Part shown: piece by piece, positions 35,179 through 42,799 of the stretch | How positions within the stretch are numbered: the first letter of the stretch is position 1 | Layout: every line of letters starts with the position of its first letter | Virus record (IMG/VR): IMGVR_UViG_2778261094_000010 | Span: 1-48,461 of that record | Length of the DNA stretch: 48,461 nt | Direction: 5' to 3' (one strand) | Origin: a virus | Taxonomy: Duplodnaviria; Heunggongvirae; Uroviricota; Caudoviricetes | Position numbers and translations under genes: made by a program | Notes under the pieces: model-generated | Told to the model about the DNA's origin: nothing | Seen by the model: only the letters and a program-made list of their open reading frames with translations | The model's database searches: none

Positions 35179-35529
35179 TCACCTGATTCGTTCGCGCGCT
35201 GTTTTCGCTTTATGGCAGGGCCAGCACAGACTCTGCAGGTTGCTGTCTGCGTCTGTTCCGCCATGCGCTTTCGGGCTGATGTGGTCGACGGTTTTCGCCT
35301 CGCTCACCACACCGGCACGCAGACACAACTGACACAGACCTTTATCGCGCTTCAGAATACGGGCACGAATCACCGTCCATTTTGAGCCATAGCCACGCTG
35401 GTGGCGGCTCAGTCCGCGCTGGTGCTGCACCCAGCCTTCACCGCGATGCTTATCGCAGTAACCCGAACTGTCTGTTGTTGTGCCTGCACATCCACGCTTA
35501 CGACAGGCGCGGGGTATTCGTGATGGCAT
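35179..35529 (-). CDS. HNH endonuclease (terminase-associated)
   Basis: Cys-rich zinc-finger and HNH motifs (CRKRGC, CDKH, CQLC, CWPCH); start assigned to the ATG at 35529 with an AAGGAGA ribosome-binding site. Confidence 0.85.
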   Translation of the reverse strand: MPSRIPRACRKRGCAGTTTDSSGYCDKHRGEGWVQHQRGLSRHQRGYGSKWTVIRARILKRDKGLCQLCLRAGVVSEAKTVDHISPKAHGGTDADSNLQSLCWPCHKAKTARERIR

Positions 35530-35871
35530 TGGAATCTCCTTAATACCGACATTATCGCAGCCCCTCACTGAAGGGCTGCTGTAATGCCTGTTACTCACGA
35601 ATCAATCGAGCATGTTGACCGCTCATTTCAATGCGTAAGTATTGTGGCTTGCCGTCAATCAACGCGGTGATTAACTTATCACCTGTAGGTTTCCACATAA
35701 TTTTCTCCTGTTTTAATGCCCCTTGCCGCCGGGCAGTTGATCAAAGTTCATCTTGATTCGGCAAGATTTAGAATGAATAAGATAAAATTGGCACACGCAG
35801 CAGAATTTCATGCTTTCCGGACGCTGACGCACCCTTCATTTTTCAGCAAAATATTCTGCTCTTACAGGCGA

Positions 35872-36054
35872 TCAGTTCTGCAGACACTGCCGAACACCGT
35901 CGACAATTTCACAGACCTGAGACGCGGTATCGAAAAGCTGGCGCGCCTTATCCAGGCTGACGCACCCCACCAATAAAAAAGGCACCAGTATCGCTACCAG
36001 TGCCCGTTTCACCGCCGTTCGCGGCATTCTGTGTGTCCAGTGTTTTCGCGCCAT
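35872..36054 (-). CDS. Putative small lipoprotein (possible Rz1-like or Bor-like)
   Basis: 60 aa with signal-peptide-like N-terminus and LVGC lipobox; downstream of the lysis cassette. Confidence 0.35.
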   Translation of the reverse strand: MARKHWTHRMPRTAVKRALVAILVPFLLVGCVSLDKARQLFDTASQVCEIVDGVRQCLQN

Positions 36055-36254
36055 ATCACCACCAACGCACAGCCCAAATCAGAACAGCGACCGCCACAAG
36101 GCGAATTGCAAAGGCCGCAGCCCTTGTCAAATCAAGGCTCGCGGGAGTTTCCATTTCAATACCTTTCATAATGGACAACCTCAAAAAGAATCTTTTATAC
36201 TTTCCCACGAGGATTTTCTCCCTACTCACTAATCACAATTTCCCCTTTGACGTG

Positions 36255-36300
36255 AAAACTAAAAACCCCGGACTGTTCCCCCAGCCGGGGTTTTGTTTTA
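36255..36300 (-). terminator. Rho-independent terminator (bidirectional; CCCCGG...CCGGGG stem flanked by A and T runs) after the endolysin gene
   Basis: GC-rich hairpin at 36266..36290 with T tracts on both strands, immediately 3' of the endolysin stop at 36302. Confidence 0.65.
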
Positions 36301-36301
36301 C

Positions 36302-36685
36302 TTATCGCTTCAGCTGAAAGTGAGGTCCGTCTTTCAGCGTTTTCCAGTCCCCGCCCCATTCGATAGCGATCCCCAGCTCTGCGGCAGCCTGCTTAAATGC
36401 CTGTGCGATTTTCTCGTACAGAGGCCACTCCCATGACACCTGACTGCCAATGTAGGCCACAACATCCACCGCATCACCGGTCAGGTGGCGGCTGTTCATG
36501 GTCTGGCTTTTCCCTTCCGCAACCAGCTGTTTCTGGCGATACTTACTGCGCAGGCCTTCCGTAATACCGAAATCAACCTCCGTCAGCTCCAGCGCACGGC
36601 GAACTACAGCAACCAGCTGTGGTTTGACACCCTCCAGATTTTTTTCACTGCGACGGCTGAATCTGAATTTACCCGGCATATTCAC
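36302..36685 (-). CDS. Endolysin, peptidase M15-type (D-Ala-D-Ala carboxypeptidase-like)
   Basis: 127 aa with M15-family character (SRHLTGDAVDV, WGGDW); follows two membrane-protein genes with ATGA-type coupling. Confidence 0.8.
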   Translation of the reverse strand: MNMPGKFRFSRRSEKNLEGVKPQLVAVVRRALELTEVDFGITEGLRSKYRQKQLVAEGKSQTMNSRHLTGDAVDVVAYIGSQVSWEWPLYEKIAQAFKQAAAELGIAIEWGGDWKTLKDGPHFQLKR

Positions 36686-36957
36686 CTCAACAATGGAAAG
36701 ATTTTTGTGACGTTCCCGCGTGCGCGTATCACCAGCACGCAGAACAGCAGATTAAAAAACACTTCCAGCCAGCCCGTTGCTAACGGGCGACCACACAGAT
36801 AGCTGAGGGGCGCAAAGGCATACAGCAGCATCAGCAGCCAGGCCAGCCATGACACCAGCGGTTTATGTCTGGAATCACGGCGACGATAAAAAAAGAGCGT
36901 CAGCACGATAACCGTGCATAACGCCACATTCAGCAATCCGGGAAGGTTACTTAACAT
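36682..36957 (-). CDS. Lysis-cassette membrane protein (holin or antiholin candidate)
   Basis: Translation from MLSNLPGLLNVALCTVIVLTLFFY shows 2-3 predicted transmembrane segments; lies between the holin candidate and the endolysin. Confidence 0.45.
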   Translation of the reverse strand: MLSNLPGLLNVALCTVIVLTLFFYRRRDSRHKPLVSWLAWLLMLLYAFAPLSYLCGRPLATGWLEVFFNLLFCVLVIRARGNVTKIFPLLR

Positions 36958-37339
36958 TGCCGCCTCCTCCACCCCGCAGGCGGGAGAACACACCGGACAC
37001 CAGCGATGCAATATCCTGCTGGTGGATGAACGAGAGAATCTTCACCGACACCACCGAGACCAGCACCGCGCAAAGCGCATCTGCTGATGTACCGTCATAC
37101 CCTGTTTTTGATGCAATCCAGGCTGACAGCACACGCGCTCCCAGCACACCGACAATAAACGACACCAGAAAATGTGCCACCACGCGCCAGACTGAAAGTG
37201 ACTGCGGCATCGTTGCCACAAATAACGCCCCGGCGAACGCGCCAAACACAATCCCGAAATCCATTCCGGTAAACAGCCCGAATACCGTCGCGCCACCCAG
37301 CGCAGCAGCCGTGCCGGAACCGGATAAGGGTTCAGACAT
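36947..37339 (-). CDS. Putative holin
   Basis: 130 aa with multiple hydrophobic Gly/Ala-rich segments and a charged C-terminus; first gene of the lysis cassette. Confidence 0.5.
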   Translation of the reverse strand: MSEPLSGSGTAAALGGATVFGLFTGMDFGIVFGAFAGALFVATMPQSLSVWRVVAHFLVSFIVGVLGARVLSAWIASKTGYDGTSADALCAVLVSVVSVKILSFIHQQDIASLVSGVFSRLRGGGGGNVK

Positions 37340-37426
37340 ACTTCCTCCTGAAAATAAAAAAGGGCCACCAGCGACCCGTAAAAAAACACCCCGTCAAAGG
37401 CATCCGCAGATGCCTTTTGTGTGATG

Positions 37427-37579
37427 TTATTCAGATTTACGCAGTAAAGGCCGGAGCACGACCAGCGCCATCGCCACCAGCACACCATCTGCCAGCACCG
37501 ACATCAGTCGTCCGGTGAAATCAACCACCACTACCAGAAACAACAGGATGACAGCCAGCACAAGGCGCGCACTTTTCAC
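37427..37579 (-). CDS. Small hydrophobic protein, apparent GTG start overlapping the TerB-like gene stop
   Basis: Unlisted 50-codon ORF (VKSARLVLAVILLFLVVVVDFTGRLMSVL...) between the TerB-like gene and the holin; GTGA overlap with the upstream stop. Confidence 0.3.
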   Translation of the reverse strand: MKSARLVLAVILLFLVVVVDFTGRLMSVLADGVLVAMALVVLRPLLRKSE

Positions 37580-38001
37580 AGGTACTGCTCCAGCGGCAAC
37601 TGCAGCGCCTGCGCAATTTTCTTCAGTTGCGCTTCTTCTTCCTGACCGATACCGTCCTGGTCAGCGATATCCAGACACAGGCACAGCACATTAACTGCAT
37701 CATCAGTACCGGCAACATCAGCCAGCTGACGAAGAGCTTCGGCATTGGCAGAACGCGGCGACGCTTCATAACGGGCGCGGATATTTGCACTCATTTGTGC
37801 AATCTCACCGGAGAACGGCGCAAAGACAGGAAGTGCTGCAATGGTTTTTTCCAGTACCGCGATTTCTTTCGCGTCACAGGTGCCGTCAGCGTATGCAATG
37901 GAGTACGCGCCCCAGACGGTCGCCTCCACTGCGTCACGGTTCTCCATCTTCTTCACTTCGGTAATGGCCTTGCGGGTTTTCTTTTTGAAAATACCAAACA
38001 T
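37576..38001 (-). CDS. TerB-like (tellurite resistance TerB domain) protein
   Basis: 141 aa with TerB-like helical pattern (AYADGTCDAKEIAVLEKTIA ... LCLDIADQDGIGQEEEAQLKKIA); AAAGGAAAAG ribosome-binding site; lies between the tRNA cluster and the lysis genes. Confidence 0.65.
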   Translation of the reverse strand: MFGIFKKKTRKAITEVKKMENRDAVEATVWGAYSIAYADGTCDAKEIAVLEKTIAALPVFAPFSGEIAQMSANIRARYEASPRSANAEALRQLADVAGTDDAVNVLCLCLDIADQDGIGQEEEAQLKKIAQALQLPLEQYL

Positions 38002-38176
38002 CGTGACTTTTCCTTTTAGTGGGTGAGCCTGCGCCCGGGGGTGACCAGCCCACAGAGAAAGTCACACTGACCATCCCGTAAGCTCACCCCTGAAAGGCTC
38101 TGTGGTTTTTTGATGTGCGCCGGGCGTGGCGCGGATATGAAAAAGGCCCGCCGAAGCGAGCCTGGAAAAATAAGCG

Positions 38177-38253
38177 TGGCGCGTTGTACTGGATTCGAAC
38201 CAGTGACCGATTGCTTAGAAGGCAATTGCTCTGTCCGGCTGAGCTAACAACGC
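38177..38253 (-). tRNA. tRNA-Arg (anticodon UCU)
   Basis: Manual cloverleaf: acceptor GCGTTGT/ACAACGC, anticodon stem ATTGC/GCAAT, loop CUUCUAA, T-loop GGTTCGAATCC, 3' CCA. Confidence 0.85.
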
Positions 38254-38266
38254 AGGGTACAGATAA

Positions 38267-38343
38267 TGGACCGCCATCGAGGACTCGAACCCCGCGCAAC
38301 CAGCTCCGAAGGCTGGCGCTCTATCCTGATGAGCTAATGGCGG
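38267..38343 (-). tRNA. tRNA-Arg (anticodon UCG as parsed)
   Basis: Manual cloverleaf: acceptor CCGCCAT/ATGGCGG, anticodon stem CCAGC/GCTGG, loop CUUCGGA, T-loop GGTTCGAGTCC, 3' CCA. Confidence 0.8.
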
Positions 38344-38350
38344 TATGTGA

Positions 38351-38426
38351 TGGTGGCCCTTGCTGGATTTGAACCAGCGACCTGGCGATTATGAGTCGCT
38401 CGCTCTCACCACTGAGCTAAAGGGCC
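38351..38426 (-). tRNA. tRNA with CAU anticodon (tRNA-Ile2 lysidine type or tRNA-Met)
   Basis: Manual cloverleaf: acceptor GGCCCTT/AAGGGCC, anticodon loop CUCAUAA, T-loop GGTTCAAATCC, 3' CCA; first of three tandem tRNAs in an ileZ-argN-argO-like arrangement. Confidence 0.8.
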
Positions 38427-38475
38427 GGGAGCAGAATAATAATGGTGCGTAATTAATTCTGCAATCTCATCCGTT

Positions 38476-39525
38476 TCAAACGATTAAATCCTGAACTTCC
38501 CTGACTGTCTGTTCAAAACGTCCGGTCTCCAGCTCAACACCAATCGCACAACGCCCCAGTGCCATCGCCGCTTTTACCGTTGAACCTGAACCCATAAAAA
38601 AATCTGCAACCAGGTCTCCCGGACGACTGCTCGCGTTGATTATCTGCTGCAGCATTTCTGCCGGTTTTTCGCACGGATGTTTCCCTGGATAGTACTGCAC
38701 CGGTTTATGCGTCCAGACATCGGTGTACGGAACCTGCGCCGTCACACCGAAATACCGCCGCAAATTTTTATATTCACTCAGCAGTTCCGTATACTGCCGG
38801 TTCAGCTCACTGTATGTGCTGACCAGCTGGTGGTGTGGCTTTTCCAGTTCCCCGCGCTGATGTTTTTCTGCCGCAACACGCGCAAACAACGCCTGCAATT
38901 TATTGTAATCACCCTCGTTCGGTAACTGCCACTGACTGGCACCAAACCAGTGCGAAGCCATGTTTTTCTTTCCGGTGGCTTCCGCTATCTGTTTTGACGT
39001 TATTCCCAGTGATTTACGCGCATCACGAAAGTAAGAAATCAGCGGGGCCATGACGTGCTGTTTTAGCTCGCGCCCCTGCTCCACATAGCCATCATCTTTC
39101 GGGCGATACGGTCCCTGATAATGTTCTGCAAACAGAATGCGCTCTGTTGCCGGAAAATACGCCCGCAGACTTTCCTTATTGCACCCGTTCCAGCGTCCGG
39201 ACGGCTTCGCCCAGATAATGTGGTTCAGCACATTAAAGCGCTCACGCATCATGATTTCGGTGTCAGATGCCAGGCGATGACCACAGAACAGGTAAAGACT
39301 TCCGGCAGGCTTCAGTACCCGCCAGAACTGCGCCAGACACTGGTCCAGCCATTTCAGGTAATCATCGTCGCCCTCCCACTGGTTATCCCAGCCCTCGGGC
39401 TTCACTTTAAAGTATGGCGGGTCTGTGACTATCAGATCGACAGAATTTTCCGGTAAGGTCTGGATAAATTCCAGGCAATCAGCGTTGATTAACTCACAAC
39501 TGGATATTTTTACAGTATTAATCAT
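38476..39525 (-). CDS. DNA methyltransferase (N6-adenine/N4-cytosine type, DPPY motif, beta-class order)
   Basis: Catalytic motif LIVTDPPYF near the N-terminus and SAM-binding FFMGSGST near the C-terminus. Confidence 0.85.
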   Translation of the reverse strand: MINTVKISSCELINADCLEFIQTLPENSVDLIVTDPPYFKVKPEGWDNQWEGDDDYLKWLDQCLAQFWRVLKPAGSLYLFCGHRLASDTEIMMRERFNVLNHIIWAKPSGRWNGCNKESLRAYFPATERILFAEHYQGPYRPKDDGYVEQGRELKQHVMAPLISYFRDARKSLGITSKQIAEATGKKNMASHWFGASQWQLPNEGDYNKLQALFARVAAEKHQRGELEKPHHQLVSTYSELNRQYTELLSEYKNLRRYFGVTAQVPYTDVWTHKPVQYYPGKHPCEKPAEMLQQIINASSRPGDLVADFFMGSGSTVKAAMALGRCAIGVELETGRFEQTVREVQDLIV

Positions 39526-39675
39526 AGATCAATAAGCACTTCTCTGATAGGCTCATACCGCTTTTGCGCAAAGCAGATGGGCCTGAGGTTTGCTTGTGAC
39601 CCCAACGCATGAGCAGATGGCTGGCAGGTGCCGCTAACACCCACCAGCCGCCCATTACCACAAATTAAAAAGCCT

Positions 39676-39873
39676 TCACTGCGGAAGGCGTCTGTAACAA
39701 CCGAACTGATAATCTGCCAGACCCGCCATAACAAGCTGGGTCAGGATTAACTGGCAGCGTTCGCGTGAAAGGTAAGTATTCTGCGCAATTTCCCCGACGG
39801 TCGCCGGTTCGGTGACGCTTAATTCATTAAACACCACTCTGGCGGTTTCGGTCATATCCTGCTGTTTTAGCAT
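39676..39873 (-). CDS. Small winged-helix-like DNA-binding protein (hypothetical)
   Basis: 65-codon ORF from MLKQQDMTETARVV with an AAGGGA ribosome-binding site; helix-turn-helix-like segment PATVGEIAQNTYLSRERCQLILTQL. Confidence 0.4.
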   Translation of the reverse strand: MLKQQDMTETARVVFNELSVTEPATVGEIAQNTYLSRERCQLILTQLVMAGLADYQFGCYRRLPQ

Positions 39874-40092
39874 GTCTTTTTCCCTTTTCTGGTTAACGTG
39901 ACATACCAATAACTCTTGTCTAAAAAGCCAGCAAGCTGAAAGACCGGTATTCGCAACCACCAGCGCGTTTAACGTACTGCATCAATTTTCGAGCATAAAA
40001 AGACCGCCTGAGGGCAGCCTTTTTACATTAAAATTAAGTTTTCTTTAACTATGTTGTATGTGAAATTAGCATTCCCTACTGAGTTTATACAA

Positions 40093-40836
40093 CTAATCTG
40101 ACGTCACACGCACCATTATACTTACTAAAGAAAAGTCATCATCAGGTCCGGCTCTCTCTATACGACGCAAAATGCCATTAGAAAACTTCTGACTATTACT
40201 CATCGTATTTGATGTAAATCTGGGGCGTTTTTCCCAAACGTTATGAACCCCATCAGACATGATACACAGATGATATACCCCGTTAATACTAGGTAAATCT
40301 TTCCATGTGATAAAATCACAGTCGTATTCCATATCAACATTTGAGGCTATAGCCGTCGTTAAGATATTTTTGCCCGGTTTATCCTTCAAATCTCTGGGTT
40401 TAAAAATATTCTGATCAATTAGCATCTGATGCCTGGTATCGTCCTTCGTCAATTGGTATGCTTTCTTCTCTCCAATGCAATACAAACGACAATCACCAAT
40501 ATGACCAATAATAATTCCGCTATCACAAACATAACAAAACGTAAGTGTAGTAGCAGCTTTATCGAACTCATCATTAACATCAGCTAACGACATAACCTTT
40601 CGCTTAACTTCATCAAATACATCCGGAACTGTGTCAAAAGATAAGCTTGTCAATGCTGAAAGTTCAGCAATTGCCATTGATGAAGCCTGACTGGCACCAG
40701 TGTATGAACCTACACCATCAGCTACGGCAAATAAGATGCCATCCCCTACAATTTTGGGAGGAAGCAATGAATCTTCGTTGACCCTACCTGGTTCTTTTGG
40801 ATACGAGAATGATGAAGTCGCTATCAGCTGAATCAT
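40093..40836 (-). CDS. PP2C-family Ser/Thr protein phosphatase
   Basis: PP2C metal-binding motifs (NED, FAVADGVGS, GDCR, MSDGV); ATG overlaps the kinase stop (ATGA); AT-rich codon usage. Confidence 0.85.
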   Translation of the reverse strand: MIQLIATSSFSYPKEPGRVNEDSLLPPKIVGDGILFAVADGVGSYTGASQASSMAIAELSALTSLSFDTVPDVFDEVKRKVMSLADVNDEFDKAATTLTFCYVCDSGIIIGHIGDCRLYCIGEKKAYQLTKDDTRHQMLIDQNIFKPRDLKDKPGKNILTTAIASNVDMEYDCDFITWKDLPSINGVYHLCIMSDGVHNVWEKRPRFTSNTMSNSQKFSNGILRRIERAGPDDDFSLVSIMVRVTSD

Positions 40837-41597
40837 GACTCACTCCTTAAAAAAGAATGCACAAAATCAAACGCCACATCATCTATTGTCTGATATCTAT
40901 CATCTTTATCCATCCTGGTACACTTCGCTATGATAGGCTTTATTTTTTTATCATCTAAATTTAAGTCCTCAATTAACCGCCCCACCGCATAAACATCAGT
41001 CTTAACTGAATACTCGGCATTATATAAAATCTCGGGAGCCATATATCTTGTACTTCCCATACGGGTACCGATCTCGGTCAATTTAGTGGTATCCCCTTCG
41101 GGATTTGTATCTTTTACCAGACCAAAATCAGACACCTTGTATGTTCCGTCGCTAAATCGCAAGACATTAAATGGTTTTATATCTCTGTGTAAATAGCCTT
41201 TCGCATGGATGTGAGCTACACCATCTAATACCATTTTCACTATTGAAATTTTTTGATCTGTTGTAAGAAGGTTGTTCGTTATTTCGTGCTCAAGATCACA
41301 TTCTGCTTTATCCATAATGAACCATGGATTCTCGGCAAACAAATCGCACAAATAAATAGGAACAATATTGCTATGTACGCAATGTGATTGATACACGACC
41401 TCCCTTTTAAAACGCCTTCTAAACTGCTCTATTTGCGCCAAAAGCTCTGGTTTTTCGGGGGCTAAAACCTTTCTAGCATAATCCCCACATTCACCCTTGT
41501 TGAGGTTGTAAACCTTAACGTGTTCAACAAAGCCAAATGCACCCCTTCCAATCAACTGAATTCGTTTTATAAAGTAATTACCGTGCTGTTCTTCCAT
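40833..41597 (-). CDS. Hanks-type Ser/Thr protein kinase (kinase domain only)
   Basis: Complete kinase subdomain set: glycine loop GRGAFGFV, catalytic Lys in YARK, HRDIKPFNV, DFG, TRYMAPE, DVYAVG. Start assigned to the ATG at 41597 (MEEQHGNYF). Confidence 0.85.
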   Translation of the reverse strand: MEEQHGNYFIKRIQLIGRGAFGFVEHVKVYNLNKGECGDYARKVLAPEKPELLAQIEQFRRRFKREVVYQSHCVHSNIVPIYLCDLFAENPWFIMDKAECDLEHEITNNLLTTDQKISIVKMVLDGVAHIHAKGYLHRDIKPFNVLRFSDGTYKVSDFGLVKDTNPEGDTTKLTEIGTRMGSTRYMAPEILYNAEYSVKTDVYAVGRLIEDLNLDDKKIKPIIAKCTRMDKDDRYQTIDDVAFDFVHSFLRSES

Positions 41598-41669
41598 TAA
41601 GCTCACCGACCTAAATTGTAAGAATATCCATATCTTACAACTACAGATAAAAAGGTCCACAGAGTTAAG

Positions 41670-41695
41670 CAAAAAACCCGCATTTAAGCGGGTTT
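41670..41695 (-). terminator. Rho-independent terminator downstream of the Q-like gene (possible tR'-like site)
   Basis: Hairpin ACCCGC-ATTTAA-GCGGGT followed on the minus strand by a T6 run, about 50 bp after the Q-like stop. Confidence 0.6.
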
Positions 41696-41741
41696 ACACA
41701 CTATACGGCAAAATATCACATTTACATAAAATGTATGCGAT

Positions 41742-42437
41742 TTAATTGACTTTTGCAATATCTCGTCGTGAAAAGGTCGCTTTTTGTTGCGATCTCATTT
41801 TCACGGTGCAAATCAAGGATTCTGTATCGAGTTTCTTAAAAATGTCGCACATCTCACGCCAGTAGTTCGCATAATTATGGCTCCAGTTGTCAGGCTTAAC
41901 TCCACACAGTCTGGCAAGTTCCTGTCGCTGGTAGACGTCACGCCCAGTAATCCTCCCCCTGACATCCTGCGCCGCCAGCCAGATTAATTTCTTCAGACGC
42001 TCAAGCGTTTTCCCTGTAATTTTTCTGGTGCCAAAATGCACCTGAAACTTATCCCACGCCCATTTCGCAATGACCACCTGATAATCCCAACTCGGATTTT
42101 CACTGTATACCCACAGCACCCACGCCTTCTGATGCTCTTCAAGAGACAGAACGGCGCGTCGCCATGATGATGTCGAAAACTCAACCGGACTGACCAGGGC
42201 AATTGATGAACCTTTCGCCAGCGATTGCTTTCCCGGGATCGGTGGATTATCCAGCGTTACCATTTTTCCAGTGACCTTATCGCGGTACCGGATTTTTTTA
42301 CGTCTGTAACGCCCTGTATCAAACATGGCATTCTCCTGCCAGGCTTCAAGCTGACCTTTTGTTGCCCCACTCAAATCGGCGGTGGCGATAATGAGCTGCT
42401 CACGAACAAACTGTAAATACTGGTTATTCATGCGCAC
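41742..42437 (-). CDS. Putative late-gene antiterminator Q-like protein
   Basis: 231 aa basic protein directly after rusA and directly before an intrinsic terminator and the late-region morons; assignment rests mainly on conserved lambdoid gene order. Confidence 0.45.
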   Translation of the reverse strand: MRMNNQYLQFVREQLIIATADLSGATKGQLEAWQENAMFDTGRYRRKKIRYRDKVTGKMVTLDNPPIPGKQSLAKGSSIALVSPVEFSTSSWRRAVLSLEEHQKAWVLWVYSENPSWDYQVVIAKWAWDKFQVHFGTRKITGKTLERLKKLIWLAAQDVRGRITGRDVYQRQELARLCGVKPDNWSHNYANYWREMCDIFKKLDTESLICTVKMRSQQKATFSRRDIAKVN

Positions 42438-42787
42438 TCCAGCTCTGTGATTTTTATCCCCAACCGACCACCAGGAACAGGCAGTCCGCGCACAATATTG
42501 ATTTCATCAAACTGCTCGTCGTCGATAAGCAACCCCGCATGTGTCAGTGCATCCAGTGGTGCTTTCAGAATATTGTCCAGGTCACGACGGCGCTTATCCG
42601 GTGGCTCTGCAATAATCTTTATCGCCAGCCGTCCGGACAGGTTTAATTTCAGCCGCTGCTCGCGAACAATTAGCGCCACATCCCGGCGATAACGCTCACC
42701 GGCTTTTGATACAAAATATGTGTTGTCACGACGTCGCCAGTAGGTGTTCACCGTTGGCGGATAAGGCAAAACAAACTCTATACGCAT
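42428..42787 (-). CDS. rusA: Holliday junction resolvase RusA
   Basis: 119 aa, MRIEFVLPYPPTVNTYWRRR... with the conserved acidic patch (RRRDLDN) typical of the RusA family. Confidence 0.85.
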   Translation of the reverse strand: MRIEFVLPYPPTVNTYWRRRDNTYFVSKAGERYRRDVALIVREQRLKLNLSGRLAIKIIAEPPDKRRRDLDNILKAPLDALTHAGLLIDDEQFDEINIVRGLPVPGGRLGIKITELECA

Positions 42788-42799
42788 CAGTAACCTCTT

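Noticed and set aside
35597-35701. 35-codon minus-strand ORF (MWKPTGDKLITALIDGKPQYLRIEMSGQHARLIRE) upstream of the helper HNH gene
   Set aside because: It has an AGGAGA-like ribosome-binding site but is very short and unsupported by any motif, so it was not reported as a feature.
37042-37488. 148-aa Trp/Cys/Arg-rich ORF overlapping the holin gene in another frame
   Set aside because: Composition is typical of an out-of-frame artefact over a GC-rich membrane-protein gene; the holin frame is more plausible.
37576-38426. Possible toxin genes between the tRNA cluster and lysis genes
   Set aside because: No ORF with A-subunit or B-pentamer character is present; the slot is occupied by the TerB-like gene instead.
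39522-39734. 70-aa minus-strand ORF overlapping the methyltransferase start
   Set aside because: It overlaps the methyltransferase 5' end and the small winged-helix gene in a different frame; likely spurious.
41670-41695. AACCCGC motif in the post-Q terminator hairpin as a third iteron site
   Set aside because: Single occurrence embedded in a terminator stem in the helper genome; most likely coincidental.
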